A stretch of 64,000 bases of DNA from Vicinamibacterales bacterium. GTDB taxonomy: Bacteria > Acidobacteriota > Vicinamibacteria > Vicinamibacterales > UBA2999. Where the stretch lies: contig JAWKHU010000038.1 of the NCBI GenBank assembly GCA_041394685.1, positions 130,087 to 194,086 on the forward strand, given 5' to 3'. Shown here one piece after another: positions 1-10,282 of this stretch. Position numbers and translations under genes: made by a program. Within the stretch, counting starts at the first letter, position 1. Every line of letters begins with the position of its first letter. The notes below the pieces were generated by a model that was not told where the DNA came from, made no database searches, and was given only the letters and a program-made list of their open reading frames with translations.

Positions 1-1501
1 GGCGCAGCTCGAGAGCCGCGCACGACCGATCGTCCTCGTGCGCCGCCGCGAAGGGTCCGGTGTCTCGCCGCACGTGGCGCCGGGACAGGATCACCTCGGC
101 GTGATGCTGCCCTACTCGCCGCTCCATCACCTGCTGGTCACCGACGGGCCGTGGGTCCTGACGTCCGGCAATCGTTCGGACGAGCCCATCGCGCGCGACA
201 ACGACGAGGCTCGCACCCGCCTTGCGTCCCTTGCGGACGCGTTCCTGTTTCACGATCGCGACATCCACGCGGTGTGCGACGACTCGGTCGTGCGCGTGGC
301 TCGCGGCGCGCCACTTCCCATCAGGCGTTCGCGCGGCTTCGCTCCGTTTCCGGTCAGGCTGCCCTTCGAGGTGCCGCCGGTGCTCGCGGTCGGCGGGGAG
401 CTCAAGGCCACCTTCTGCGTGGCTGCCGGCCACGACGCCTACCTGAGCCAGCACATCGGCGACATGGAAACCGTCGAAACCCTCACCGCGTTCGAGCGCG
501 CGGTGGACCATCTCCTGCGCCTTTTCGACATCGCGCCGTCGGTGGTGGCCGTGGACCACCATCCCGGCTACCTGTCGTCGCAGTGGGGTTCCGCGTGGGC
601 CGCCGCGCGCGGGCTTCCGGTCGTGCGCGTGCAGCACCACCACGCCCACCACGCCGCCATCCTGGCCGAACACGGGATCGCACTGGACCAGCAGGCACTG
701 GGCCTCATCTTCGATGGCACCGGCTACGGCCTCGACGGCACCGTCTGGGGCGGTGAGGCACTGGCCGGCGGGTACACCGGCATCGAGCGCGCGGCGCGCC
801 TCGGGCTGACGCCGCTGCCTGCCAGCGACGCGGACGTTCGCCACGGCTTCCGGCTCGCGCTGGCACACCTCGCTGCCGCGGGGGTCGAGTGGGACGACGA
901 CCTCCCCCCGGTCCGCGCGTGCGCACCCGCGGATCGCGCGGTGCTCGCCCGCCGCTTCGCGCAGGGCATCGGCATGGTGGGGTCCAGCAGCATGGGCCGG
1001 CTCTTCGACGCGGTCGCCTCGCTCTGCGGCGTCCGCCACGCGTCCGCGTACGAGGCACAGGCGGCCATCGAGCTGGAGGCGGCCGCGCGCGGCATCGCCG
1101 ATGACGATGCGGGCGTGCGCTACGGGTTCGCACGGGTCGCCCTTGGCGGTCCGGTCGAGTGGCTCGCCGCCCCGCTCATCCACGCCATCGTGGACGACGT
1201 GCGCGCCGGTGTCAGCATCGGACGGATCTCGGCTCGGTTTCACGACGCGGTCGCACGGCTCGGCCTGCAGATGGCGCGCGACGCCCGCGCCACGGAGGGA
1301 GTGGACATCGTCGGGCTGTCGGGGGGCGTGTTCCAGAACGTGCGGCTGCTCGATCGAACGGTGGCACTGCTCGAGGCCGACGGGTTCCGCGTGCTCACGC
1401 ACCGGCTCGTGCCACCCAACGACGGCGGGCTGTCGCTCGGGCAGGCGGTGTACGCGGCGCAATCGGTACGGCTGCCGGCCGCAGCGCCGCCGGCAGCCTA
1501 G
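1..1501 (+). CDS. hypF: [NiFe]-hydrogenase maturation carbamoyltransferase HypF, C-terminal part (5' end outside window)
   Basis: ORF 38..1501 stays open to the window edge. It has the YrdC-like motif TSGNRSDEPI followed by the Kae1/ASKHA-like C-terminal domain (VQHHHAH, GLSGGVFQN, NDGGLSLGQA). Confidence 0.85.
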   Translation, partial: AQLESRARPIVLVRRREGSGVSPHVAPGQDHLGVMLPYSPLHHLLVTDGPWVLTSGNRSDEPIARDNDEARTRLASLADAFLFHDRDIHAVCDDSVVRVARGAPLPIRRSRGFAPFPVRLPFEVPPVLAVGGELKATFCVAAGHDAYLSQHIGDMETVETLTAFERAVDHLLRLFDIAPSVVAVDHHPGYLSSQWGSAWAAARGLPVVRVQHHHAHHAAILAEHGIALDQQALGLIFDGTGYGLDGTVWGGEALAGGYTGIERAARLGLTPLPASDADVRHGFRLALAHLAAAGVEWDDDLPPVRACAPADRAVLARRFAQGIGMVGSSSMGRLFDAVASLCGVRHASAYEAQAAIELEAAARGIADDDAGVRYGFARVALGGPVEWLAAPLIHAIVDDVRAGVSIGRISARFHDAVARLGLQMARDARATEGVDIVGLSGGVFQNVRLLDRTVALLEADGFRVLTHRLVPPNDGGLSLGQAVYAAQSVRLPAAAPPAA

Positions 1502-3891
1502 TCGCCCCGCAACGCGTCAGCGGGCGCCACGCGGCTGGCGCGCGCCGCGGGCCAGGCACACGCCAGCGTGGCAATGGCGACGACCACGACGGTGACGCCG
1601 GCATAGGTGAGTGTGTCGGTCGGCGCCACGCCGTAGAGCAGGCCCGACAGGACGCGTCCCACTGCCAACGCGCCGACGAGCCCCGCGGCAACACCGACGA
1701 CGGCGGGCCGGAGGCCATACCAGAGCATGAGCGCCACCACCTCGCGGCGGCGTGCGCCGAGTGCCATGCGGACGCCAATCTCGCGGGACCGCTGCGTCAC
1801 TGCGTAGGCCACCACCCCGTAGATGCCCACTGCCGCCAGGGTGACCGCCAGCAGCGCGAAGACGCCGATGAGGAACAGGTAGAAGCGGGGACGCGCCAGC
1901 GCGGCCTCTTCGAGCGCCGACAGCGTGCCGGGGAAGACGAGGGGCAGGCGTGCGTCGCGGCGGCGGACGACATCGCGGGCGGACGCGAGCACCTGAGCCG
2001 CCGGCAGCTGGCTCTGGACGACGAAGGTGACGGCACGCGTGCCGGCCTGGGCGTGTGGGACGGCCAACTCGGGGTCGGACTCGGCCTGGAGCCGCTGGGA
2101 CCGCACGTTGGCGGCCACGCCGACGATCTCGATCGGGTCGGTCGTGCCGAGGCGGATGGATCGGCCAACGGGATCCTCTCCTGGAAAGAACGTGTCGGCC
2201 AGCATACGGCTCACGATGGCCACGCGTGGAGCGGCGTCCCGATCGGCAGCGGTGAACGCGCGGCCGGACTCGATGGGGATCCCCATGACGGCGAAGTACC
2301 TGGCATCGACCACGCGGTAGAGGGCGTTGGGCATCTGGCCCGGGTCGGGCATCGGCCGATCGGTGCGGGTGAAATTGAGCACGTTCTCCGAGGGGCCGAG
2401 CGGAAGGCCCGCAATCCGCGCCACGGCGGACACACCCGGCATGGCCGCGAACGCGGTGTCGAGTTCGTCGAAGGTCCGCACGACCTGATCGTCCGGGTAG
2501 CGTGCCTGTGGAAGGGCCAGCAGGAACGTCGTGAGCCCCTCGGCGCGCCATCCCGGATCGATCCGCTGCTGCGCCGCGAGGCTCCGCCACAGGAGGCCGG
2601 CGCCGAGCAGCAGGAGGATCGAGAGTGCCACTTCGATGGTGAGCAGACCCGCGCGGCCGCGTCCCGGCCCCGATACCTGCCCTCGGTGGCCGAGGACGGC
2701 AGCCAGGGGCACCCGCGACAGCCGCAGCGACGGGCCGAAGCCGAAGAGCATGGTGGTCAGCGCGACGAGACCGAGCGCGAACACGAACGCCGGACCGTCG
2801 AACGCGATCTCGTCCAGGCGCGGCAGGTCCGGCGGGGCCAGCCACCGCAGCACGTCCACGCCCCACGCCGCGACGATGAGGCCGGCCGCGCCGCCGCCGA
2901 GCGCCAGCACGAAGTTCTCGGTGAGGAGGTAGGACACGACACCGCGGCGACCCGCGCCGAGTGCGGTCCGCACCGCCAGCTCGTTCTGCCGCGCGGCGCC
3001 TCGCACGAGCACGAGGTTGGCCACGTTGGCACAGGCGATGAGGAGCACCATCGCGACGGCACCGAGCAGGACGAGCACCGCCAGCCGCACGTCGCCCACC
3101 GTCCGCTCGTGCAGGGTCGTGACGTCCACGGTGACGTTCGCGTTGGCGTTCGGATACTCCGCTTCGAGCGCGCCGGCGATCGCCGTCAGCTCCGCCCGTG
3201 CCTCGTCCACCGTGGTGCCGTCAACGAGCCGCGCGATGCCGTTGGTGTAGTCACACGCCCGGCCGCAGTTCTCGTCGTCGTTCGCGAGCGGCATCCAGAG
3301 CTGGGCGCCCTCGGGGAAGTCGAAGCCCCGCGGCGCCACGCCCACGATGGGCCTCGGGCGTCCGCTCACCTCCACGACCTGCGAGAGCACGTCGGCTCGG
3401 CCGCCGAGCCGTTCCTGCCAGAACGCGTAGCTGACGACGATCGCCTCGGGCCCTCCGGCGCGATCCTCGCCGGCCGTGAACTCGCGGCCGACGACCGGGG
3501 CCGAGCGGAAGACGTGGAAGAAGTCCGTCGTCACCACGGCGGCATCGACGACCTCGGCGTCGCCCAGGTTGGTGACGATGAAGCGCGAACGAGCCCAGAG
3601 GGCCATGGACTGGACGGAGTGCGCCTGCTGCTTCCAGTCCAGGTAGTTGAGGTGGGAGACCGACCCGCTGACGGCGCGCTCGCCGCTGCCCTTCGTCACC
3701 TGTCCGATTGTGATCAGCCGGCTCGAGTCCGGGTACGGCAACGGCTTGACCAGCACCACGTAGGCGACGCTGAACAGGGCGGTGGTGGCGCCCACGCCCA
3801 GTGCGAGCGTCAGCACGGCAACCAGGGTGAAGGCGCGGTTGCGCATCAGCGTCCGGATGGCGACCTTGAGGTCCTGGCGAAGGCGGTCCAT
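1498..3891 (-). CDS. ADOP-family duplicated MacB/FtsX-like ABC permease (orphan, no adjacent ATPase)
   Basis: 836-aa ORF; the likely start is MDRLRQDLKVAIRTLMRN at 3891. An N-terminal TM is followed by a MacB-type periplasmic domain and an FtsX 4-TM module, then a second copy of the module ending in AARASRVAPADALRGD. Confidence 0.85.
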   Translation of the reverse strand: MDRLRQDLKVAIRTLMRNRAFTLVAVLTLALGVGATTALFSVAYVVLVKPLPYPDSSRLITIGQVTKGSGERAVSGSVSHLNYLDWKQQAHSVQSMALWARSRFIVTNLGDAEVVDAAVVTTDFFHVFRSAPVVGREFTAGEDRAGGPEAIVVSYAFWQERLGGRADVLSQVVEVSGRPRPIVGVAPRGFDFPEGAQLWMPLANDDENCGRACDYTNGIARLVDGTTVDEARAELTAIAGALEAEYPNANANVTVDVTTLHERTVGDVRLAVLVLLGAVAMVLLIACANVANLVLVRGAARQNELAVRTALGAGRRGVVSYLLTENFVLALGGGAAGLIVAAWGVDVLRWLAPPDLPRLDEIAFDGPAFVFALGLVALTTMLFGFGPSLRLSRVPLAAVLGHRGQVSGPGRGRAGLLTIEVALSILLLLGAGLLWRSLAAQQRIDPGWRAEGLTTFLLALPQARYPDDQVVRTFDELDTAFAAMPGVSAVARIAGLPLGPSENVLNFTRTDRPMPDPGQMPNALYRVVDARYFAVMGIPIESGRAFTAADRDAAPRVAIVSRMLADTFFPGEDPVGRSIRLGTTDPIEIVGVAANVRSQRLQAESDPELAVPHAQAGTRAVTFVVQSQLPAAQVLASARDVVRRRDARLPLVFPGTLSALEEAALARPRFYLFLIGVFALLAVTLAAVGIYGVVAYAVTQRSREIGVRMALGARRREVVALMLWYGLRPAVVGVAAGLVGALAVGRVLSGLLYGVAPTDTLTYAGVTVVVVAIATLACAWPAARASRVAPADALRGD

Positions 3892-4011
3892 GAACGCCCT
3901 GGATGGCAAGCGGCGTGCCGCCTGCGTCCGCTGCAAATCGGTCCACATCGCGACGCGGCAGCGGCCGCCGTGCCGCGCGCGGGATTCCGACTGGCCGCGT
4001 GCGGACACCGC

Positions 4012-5597
4012 TCAGCGGCAGTTGGCCTGATAGCGGCCAACCGCCGCCTGCAGGGGCCCCACCATCGCGGGGCGCTCACGCTGGGCGCGCGCCAGGAGCT
4101 CGCCCAGCCAGCGCACCGCCTCGTCGCACCGGCCGAGACCCGCCAGCGCGGCCGCGACGACGGTGCCGTCGGCGAGGTCGTGCGTGGTGTCGTACACGCT
4201 CCGGCCGAGCGTGAGGGCCCGGGCATAGTCGCGGCGATCGACGAGCGGCCCGGTGGCCAGGACCGATGCGAGCCGCGCGGCGATGCGGCCCTGGACGCGT
4301 CGGCCGCATGACCGCGCTCGAGGGCGGCGAGGGCCTCGGTGTGCCGGCCGAGTGCGGTGAGCGCTTCGACCTCACCAAGCCGCGCGTCCTCGTCGGCGGC
4401 GTCGAGTGCCAGGGCCTGCGCGAAGACGGCGCGGGCCTCGTCGTAGCGGCCCACGCGGCCGAGCTCGCGACCGAGCAGGTGCAGCGCCTCCGCGTCGCCG
4501 GGCGCCAGTTCCGCGAGATGCGTCAGGTGCCGGATGGCAGTGTCGTGCTCCGCGGCCTCCGATCGGAGGGCGGCCGCGTTGAAGAGCGCGGTTCGATGGT
4601 CGGGGTCGGCGGCCAGGACCGCATCGAACTGCTCCAGTGCACCTGTGCGGTCGCCGATGCGGCCGAGCGCGGTGCCGAGATTGACCCGCGCGATGAGATT
4701 GTCGGGTTCGGTCGCAAGCGCCCTGCGGAAGGCGGCCGCGGCCTCGTCGACCCGGCCGGCCGCGAACGCCACGCGACCGCGGACGATCGCGAGGCGAACA
4801 CCGCGCATGGTGTCGTCGAGGGAGTCGCGCAGGGGATCGGCAACCTTGACCCCCACGCTGCCCTGCCGGTCGAGCTCGGCCCGCGCCTCGTCGAGCCGGC
4901 CCAGCCCTCGATACGCCATGCCGAGCACGTAGTGCACGCGCGTGGCCGCGGGCACCTGCTGCAGTACGCGCGAGAACGCGTCAACGGCGCGCGCGAAGTC
5001 GCCGCGCGCCATGGCGACCTGTCCCACGCCGAATCGAGCGGCCGCCAGCTCCGGCTCGAGCGCGAGTGCCGCGTCGTAGGCCGCCTGGGCCTCGTCTCTC
5101 TGGTCCAGCGACAGATGCAGGTCGCCGAGGCGAACGAGCAGCGGCGCGTAGTCGGGCCGAATCGCGCGCGCGGCCGCGAAAGCCGCTTGCGCCTTCGCCG
5201 TGTCGTTCCGTTCCTGATGGAGGCAGCCCTGCAGGGAGGGCCAGCGGAAGTCGGCGGGGGCGAGCGCGCGCGCCGTGGCGTAGCTGGCCTCGGCGGCCTC
5301 CGTGAGCGCGTACGCGTGATAGGCCTGGGCCAGGTCGCCATGCGCATCGGCGCGGGTGGACGCCGCCGCACCATCCCGTTCGAGTGCCGCGACGGACTCC
5401 GCCAGGGCGCGGATGTGCTCCGCGACAGCAGGCTCGAGCGCATCGAGGCCGGCCGGAGGGACGACCACCGGCAACTGCCGGGACACCCGCGGCCCGGCAT
5501 CGGCCAGCGGTGTGACCGCGGCGCCACCCAGCAGCACGATCAGCGCGCCGACGCCGAGAGTGCTGACGGCCGCACGCCGATAGCGGGGTCTGTCCAT
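4012..5597 (-). CDS. TPR-repeat protein with N-terminal membrane anchor (one frame break near 4290 as sequenced)
   Basis: N-terminal TM is GVGALIVLLGGAAV, followed by a long run of TPR-like A/L/Y/G-rich repeats. After ...ALERGHAAD the main ORF turns into RS-rich nonsense. A plausible C-terminus (VYDTTHDLADGTVVAAALAGLGRCDEAVRWLGELL...QANCR) sits in ORF 4012..4197. Confidence 0.7.
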
Positions 5598-5606
5598 GTG
5601 CGCGTC

Positions 5607-7457
5607 CTACCGCACGGCCGTTCCGGCGCCCTGCTGCAGGGTCGTATAGGCGCCTTCGCGCAGCCCCGTCCAACGCTCCGTCTCACCCGACGGCCACCGC
5701 ACCCGCACCTCGCGCACACCCGACGATTCCAGGCCCGCGAGCACGCGCGGGTCGTGCGCGGACAGGTAGCCGCCATCCGTGTGCACGCGACGCCGCAGGG
5801 CGCGCCCGTCCGAGCGCACGACGATGACCTCCGCTCCGAGCATGTCGCGGGCGGGCGTCCGTCCGGCCAGCCGCAGGCCCACCCAGCGGGACTGGCCTGG
5901 GGTGTCGTTGCGCAGCACCCGCGCCGGGCCGTTGCTGTTGAGCAGCACGATGTCGGTGTCGCCGTCGTTGTCGAGGTCGCCGAGCGCCATGCCGCGGCTC
6001 ACCTCCGCCACGCGGAACGCCGGGCCGGCCTCAGCGGACGCGTCACGAAAGCGGCCGCCCGTGTGGATGAAGAGCTGAGTGGGCTGCGCGAGCGGATAGG
6101 GATCGCGCGGGTCGGTGGTGAGGCGCAGCACGGCGCCGTTGGCGGCCACCAGGTCGAGCCACCCGTCGTTGTTCACATCGGCCCACAATGTCCCGAAGCC
6201 GGTGTAGCGCGTGCCGAGCCCAAGCCCGGCCTCCCGCGTCCGATCCTCGAACACCGTCTTGCCGAGGTTCACGTACAGCGTGTTGGTCTCGTCCATCAGG
6301 TGCGTGAGGAAGATGTCGGGCCGGCCGTCGCCATTGAAATCCCCGGAGTCCACGCCCATGCCGGCTTCCGCCTGCCCGTCCCGGTTGAGGGCCGTGCCGC
6401 TCAGCAGTGCCGCGTTCTCGAACGTGCCGTCGTGACGGTTCATCCAGAGCTGGTTCTCGTAGCCGTCGTTGGCCACGTAGAGGTCCAGCCAGCCATCGCC
6501 GTCGAAGTCGTCGGCCACCACGCCGAGGCCGGCGCCGAACGCGCGCGCGATGCCGGCCGACGCCGTGACGTCCTGAAAGGTCCCATCACCCTTGTTGCGA
6601 TAGAGGATGTCGGGCACCGGCGGAAAGGACTTCGGGCCGCAGTAGTCGCGGGCGCTCGTGGCGGCGTAGCAGGCAGGCGGTCGCGCGAGATCCACCTCGA
6701 CATAGTTGGTGACGAACAGGTCGAGCCAGCCGTCGCGGTCGTAGTCCACGAACGACGCGCTCGTGCCCCAGCGCCGATCGCCCGTCCCCGAACGCGCGGT
6801 GGCGTCCTCGAAGCGGCCGCCGCCACGGTTCATCCACAACTGGTTGGCGCCAAGGTTGGTGATGGCAGGTCCACGCGGCCGTCGTTGTCCACGTCGCCGG
6901 CGGCCACTCCCATCCCGTAGCCACGCGCCTCGATCCCGCTCGCCGCGGTCACGTCAGTGAAGGTCAGGCGGGCCGACCCAGGCGCGAGGTCGTTGCGGTA
7001 GAGCCGTCCGGACGGCGGCTGCGCGCCGGTCCACGGCGTCAGCGTCTTCGCCGCATCGTCGGACGGCCGCAAGGTCGTGCCCTGCACGAGGAAGAGATCG
7101 AGATCGCCGTCGTTGTCGAAGTCGAACAGCGCGGCGCCGGAGCCGACTATCTCGGGATAGAGGTAGTCGCCGGTGAGGCCGTTGTAGTGACGGAAACGGA
7201 TGCCGGCCGCAGAGGTGATGTCGGTAAAGGTGGCGGGGGCCGCAGATGGCGCAGATGACACAGAGGCCGCAGATTGCGCGGAACTCGCAGAAGCCGCAGA
7301 TGGCGCAGATGACGCAGAGGCCGCAGATTGCGCGGATGACACAGGGGACGCAGATGGCGCAGATGGCGCGAATGAGGCGAAGGGGTGGAGGGTGCGAGGG
7401 GGCCACGCCCGAAACGGCGAGCACGAGGGCGACGATTGGGAGGGGAGGGCGGTGCAT
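5607..7457 (-). CDS. CRTAC1-family FG-GAP/VCBS repeat protein with ASPIC/UnbV C-terminal domain (frame breaks near 6850 and near 7385-7420)
   Basis: Repeats include FDFDNDGDLDLF, GDVDNDGRVDL, VDYDRDGWLDLFVTNY, DDFDGDGWLDLYVANDG, GDFNGDGRPDIF and GDLDNDGDTDIV. The C-terminus is ...GAEVIVV..GGYLSAHDPRV..VRVRWPSG. The gene is split over ORFs 5607..6839 and 6830..7342. The signal peptide MHRPPLPIVALVLAVSG (ATG at 7457) is in a third frame. Confidence 0.75.
7242..7385. repeat. Tandem 9-mer array, 16 units (GCAGATGGC/GCAGATGAC/GCAGAGGCC family) with a 54-bp higher-order period
   Basis: Read directly: gcagatggc gcagatgac acagaggcc gcagattgc gcggaactc gcagaagcc, repeated, then decaying (gcgaatgag gcgaagggg). 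On the minus strand it translates as a Ser/Ala linker between the signal peptide and the mature CRTAC1 domain. Confidence 0.9.
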
Positions 7458-7497
7458 CGTGAGGCGGGACGCGTGCCGGGTGGTCCGGCGCGTCGCG

Positions 7498-8208
7498 TTA
7501 CGGTGGCGGGGGCCGGCGCGGCGGGGCGGCGCGGCCGTCCGGGGGTTCGTTTGACGGGGGCGGCGCGGGGCTGGGCGCGGTGGATGGCACACCGGGGCGT
7601 GCGCCTTCGGGGCGACCGTTGCTCAGGCTTTCGGGGCGGGGTTCGGACGACGCGGCCGACGGCGTGCGGTCGGCGGGCGTGGCGCCGCCATCACGACCGT
7701 TCGCACGATTCTCCTTGTCTTCCGCAGAATCGGCGGCGGCGTCTGGCAGGTTGGTGACGAGGCTGTCTGGTTCGAACGCAGCATTCTCCGCGGCACCGAC
7801 GATCCGCTCGAGTACGGACGCCGGCGTCGTGCCCGCCGGCACGTCACCCTTGGCCAGCACCAGGATCAGATCGATATCCGATGCGCCGCCGGCGCCCGAG
7901 CGCCGGCGGGCGACGTAGCCGGCCGCGTCGCCGAAGATGGCGGCCAGCGCTTCGGCTTCGGGGACGGCGTGCAGCCGCATCGACAGGGTGCGTGCGCCCA
8001 GCAGGTCGGCATTGATCACGGTGGTGCCGCCGGCGCGGGACCATTCCTGCAGCACGCGCGTCGCCGGGATGTCGTCGGCCACCAGTGTCACGCGGCCGGC
8101 GTCGAACGACACGGCGAGCTGGCGGGCGTCGGCGCCCATCGACCATCCGGCCAGGATCGCCAGGGCAAACCCCACCAGTCGCCACGCCGGCGTGCTGCGC
8201 CGCTTCAT
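7498..8208 (-). CDS. Hypothetical secreted protein with Pro-rich C-terminal tail
   Basis: Likely start is MKRRSTPAWRLVGFALAILAGWSMGADA (signal peptide). A structured N-domain is followed by a low-complexity P/S/A tail. GC3-rich codon usage. No family recognised. Confidence 0.5.
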   Translation of the reverse strand: MKRRSTPAWRLVGFALAILAGWSMGADARQLAVSFDAGRVTLVADDIPATRVLQEWSRAGGTTVINADLLGARTLSMRLHAVPEAEALAAIFGDAAGYVARRRSGAGGASDIDLILVLAKGDVPAGTTPASVLERIVGAAENAAFEPDSLVTNLPDAAADSAEDKENRANGRDGGATPADRTPSAASSEPRPESLSNGRPEGARPGVPSTAPSPAPPPSNEPPDGRAAPPRRPPPP

Positions 8209-8224
8209 CCCGACGATTGTACCG

Positions 8225-9604
8225 CTACCGGTCCGCGGCCGCGGCCGGGCGGCCCGCCTCTTCGTGCAGCGGCATGCCACCCTGACACGTGGCCGCGTGC
8301 GCAGCGCGCTCCGCGACAAACCGCGCCAGCAGGTCGTTGCCGAGCTGGTTCAGATGGCAGCAGTCGTCGGCGTACACCGGCCTCGATTCCGTGTCGAACA
8401 GGTCCACCGCACTGGTGATGTCCACGCCCCTGGCGGCCAGCGCGGGCAGGCGTGCGAGCAGCCGCGGATACCCGGCGCGTGCGGCGTCGGCGTAGGGCGA
8501 CGCCGGATTGATCGCGACGCGGCGCTCCTCGTCACTGAACGGCTTGTGGGAGACGTACTGATTGGGCTGGATGACCTGCGCGGAGGGCACGCCTTCCGCG
8601 CAGAGCAGGTCGCGCACCTCGGCGGCCGCGCGTGCCCACAGCGAGACGGCGGCGTCCAGGTGGTCCGGGTCGTCCGCCGTGGCTCCGCGGCGCCAGGGCT
8701 CGAGGCGCAGGACGCCGTCCTGCGCACCGACATATTCGACCAGGGCGCGATTGGCCGCGGCGGCACTGCGTGCGGCCGCGTCGCGGCGCAGCCGGGCGAG
8801 AGCCAGACAGCGGCGGCTCGCGTCCGCGCCATCTGCGACTCGAAATCGCGATGCGCGCTGCCCGTCGCGCCGGGCGCGCACCACGAGTTCCAGCCGGTCG
8901 ATCAGCACGGCCTGCGCGTCGAGCAGGACTTCAGCGGCAGCAGCACCTGCGCTGGGGACGGACGGATCGATACCGCTCTGCACGTTGCCGGAGGCCAGCA
9001 CCACGTCGTTGAAGCCGTCCACCGTGACGGCGAGGATGCGCTGGCGCGCGCGCGCAGAGATAGGCGAGCACCGCCAGCGTCTGCGGCTGCTTGAACGCCC
9101 CTGCACGCCAGGTTGAGGATCTCGATGGGGCGCCCGCGCGGCGCCAGCTCAGCCGTGCAGCGAGCGCGGGTTCTCCTGGAGCATAGCCCACTGCGCCACC
9201 GACCCGCCGAGCACGGCGACGACAAACGTCTGCGCACCGGGCGCCGTCAGGTAGTCGGCCGTCGCGAAGAAGCCGAGGTTGTTGGCCCGTCGTGATGCCC
9301 ACTCCGGCGTCGCACCGTCGGTCGTCATGGCGTCGAGGCGCGAGCGGCCACCGCCTCCGCCACCGACTGCCCCGGCCGGCGGATGAAGCCGAGCACCGGA
9401 TGGAGCACCAGGCCCGGAGACGTCTCGGCGTCGGTCGCCTCACCGGCAACCGCGGCCAACGCGCCTGCCTGGCGCGCATCAAGACCCCGCCGTCGGGCCG
9501 CGCATACGCCCGAGGACGCCCGCCGCCTCGCACAGCAGCGCGATCGCAACCAGATTGACGGCGACACGACAGCCGCGACGCGAGGCACGCCTCACTGTTC
9601 TCAT
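8225..9604 (-). pseudogene. SGNH/GDSL-like hydrolase or acyltransferase-like membrane-anchored protein, fragmented over at least 4 frames as sequenced
   Basis: The largest piece (8225..9106) ends with a block-V-like DDCCHLNQLGNDLLA motif. Upstream pieces in other frames are NNLGFFATADYLTAPGAQTFVVAVLGGSVAQWAMLQENP, ELAPRGRPIEILNLA and the N-terminal TM VAVNLVAIALLCEAAGVLG. Confidence 0.4.
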
Positions 9605-10282
9605 GGGCAGCACACGCGGTGCGGTATACAGTCTGGAACCGCGTGTCCGACCACCAGAATACGGCCGACCGCCCGTGGCGCGCACGTCGGAGGCATGGGA
9701 CACCATCGGGCGGCTGCAGTTCGACTTCCTCGTGTCCCGAGGGCCTCAGGCCCGTCGCCGGCTGCTCGACGTGGTGCGGGTGCCTGCGGGGAGGCGTGCA
9801 CTTCGTCTCCTACCTCGCCGACGGCCACTACTTCGGCATGGACCGCAGCGAGGCACTGCTGGACGCGGGACGCGAGCACGAGCTGGCCGCCGAACGGCCG
9901 ATCGCCGCGTGACGCTGCTCTGCCGCGACGACTTCGCCTTCGGCGAGTTCGGCACGCTTCGACATGGCGCTGGCCCAGTCCGTCTTCACGCACCTTCGGA
10001 ACTCCATCCTTCGCTGTCTCGGAGATGCGGGCGGTGCTCGACGTGGACGGCCTCTTCTTCGCCACCTGGTTCGAGGACGCGGACGCTCGCACAAGACGAC
10101 GAGCATCACGCACGACCCGGGCGGCGTGACCACGTTCCCGGATCGGGATCCCTACCACTACGAGTTCTCCGTCTTCGAGGACCTCGCCCGCCGCGCCGGG
10201 CTCATCGTCGCGGACCTCGGCGCCTGGAACCACCCGCGCGCGCAACGGCTGATGGTGTTCCGGCGCCCGGAACTCCCGCTGA
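9603..10282 (+). CDS. Class I SAM-dependent methyltransferase (several frame breaks as sequenced; boundaries approximate)
   Basis: Pieces are SEAWDTIGRLQFDFLVSRG, GGVHFVSYLADGHYFGMDRSEALLDAGRE, FDMALAQSVFTHL and HDPGGVTTFPDRDPYHYEFSVFEDLARRAGL..AWNHPRAQRLMVFRRP. Confidence 0.55.

Noticed and set aside
1159-6920. Very long ORFs antisense to or out of frame with the annotated genes (for example 1159..4311 at 1050 aa, and 4266..6920 at 884 aa). Others of the same kind are 16848..19262, 17702..20128, 26022..27680, 27641..29344, 31757..34438, 47460..49067, 58143..59081 and 61352..63913.
   Set aside because: Their translations are dominated by R/G/A/P/H low-complexity sequence with no recognisable motifs. 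They lie opposite genes with clear family signatures. In very GC-rich DNA, stop codons are rare in all frames, so such ORFs are expected by chance.
9602-9605. Divergent genes whose start codons overlap on a CATG palindrome (minus start at 9604, plus start at 9603).
   Set aside because: Both genes are frame-broken and their true starts are uncertain. The overlap is probably coincidental rather than a regulatory arrangement.
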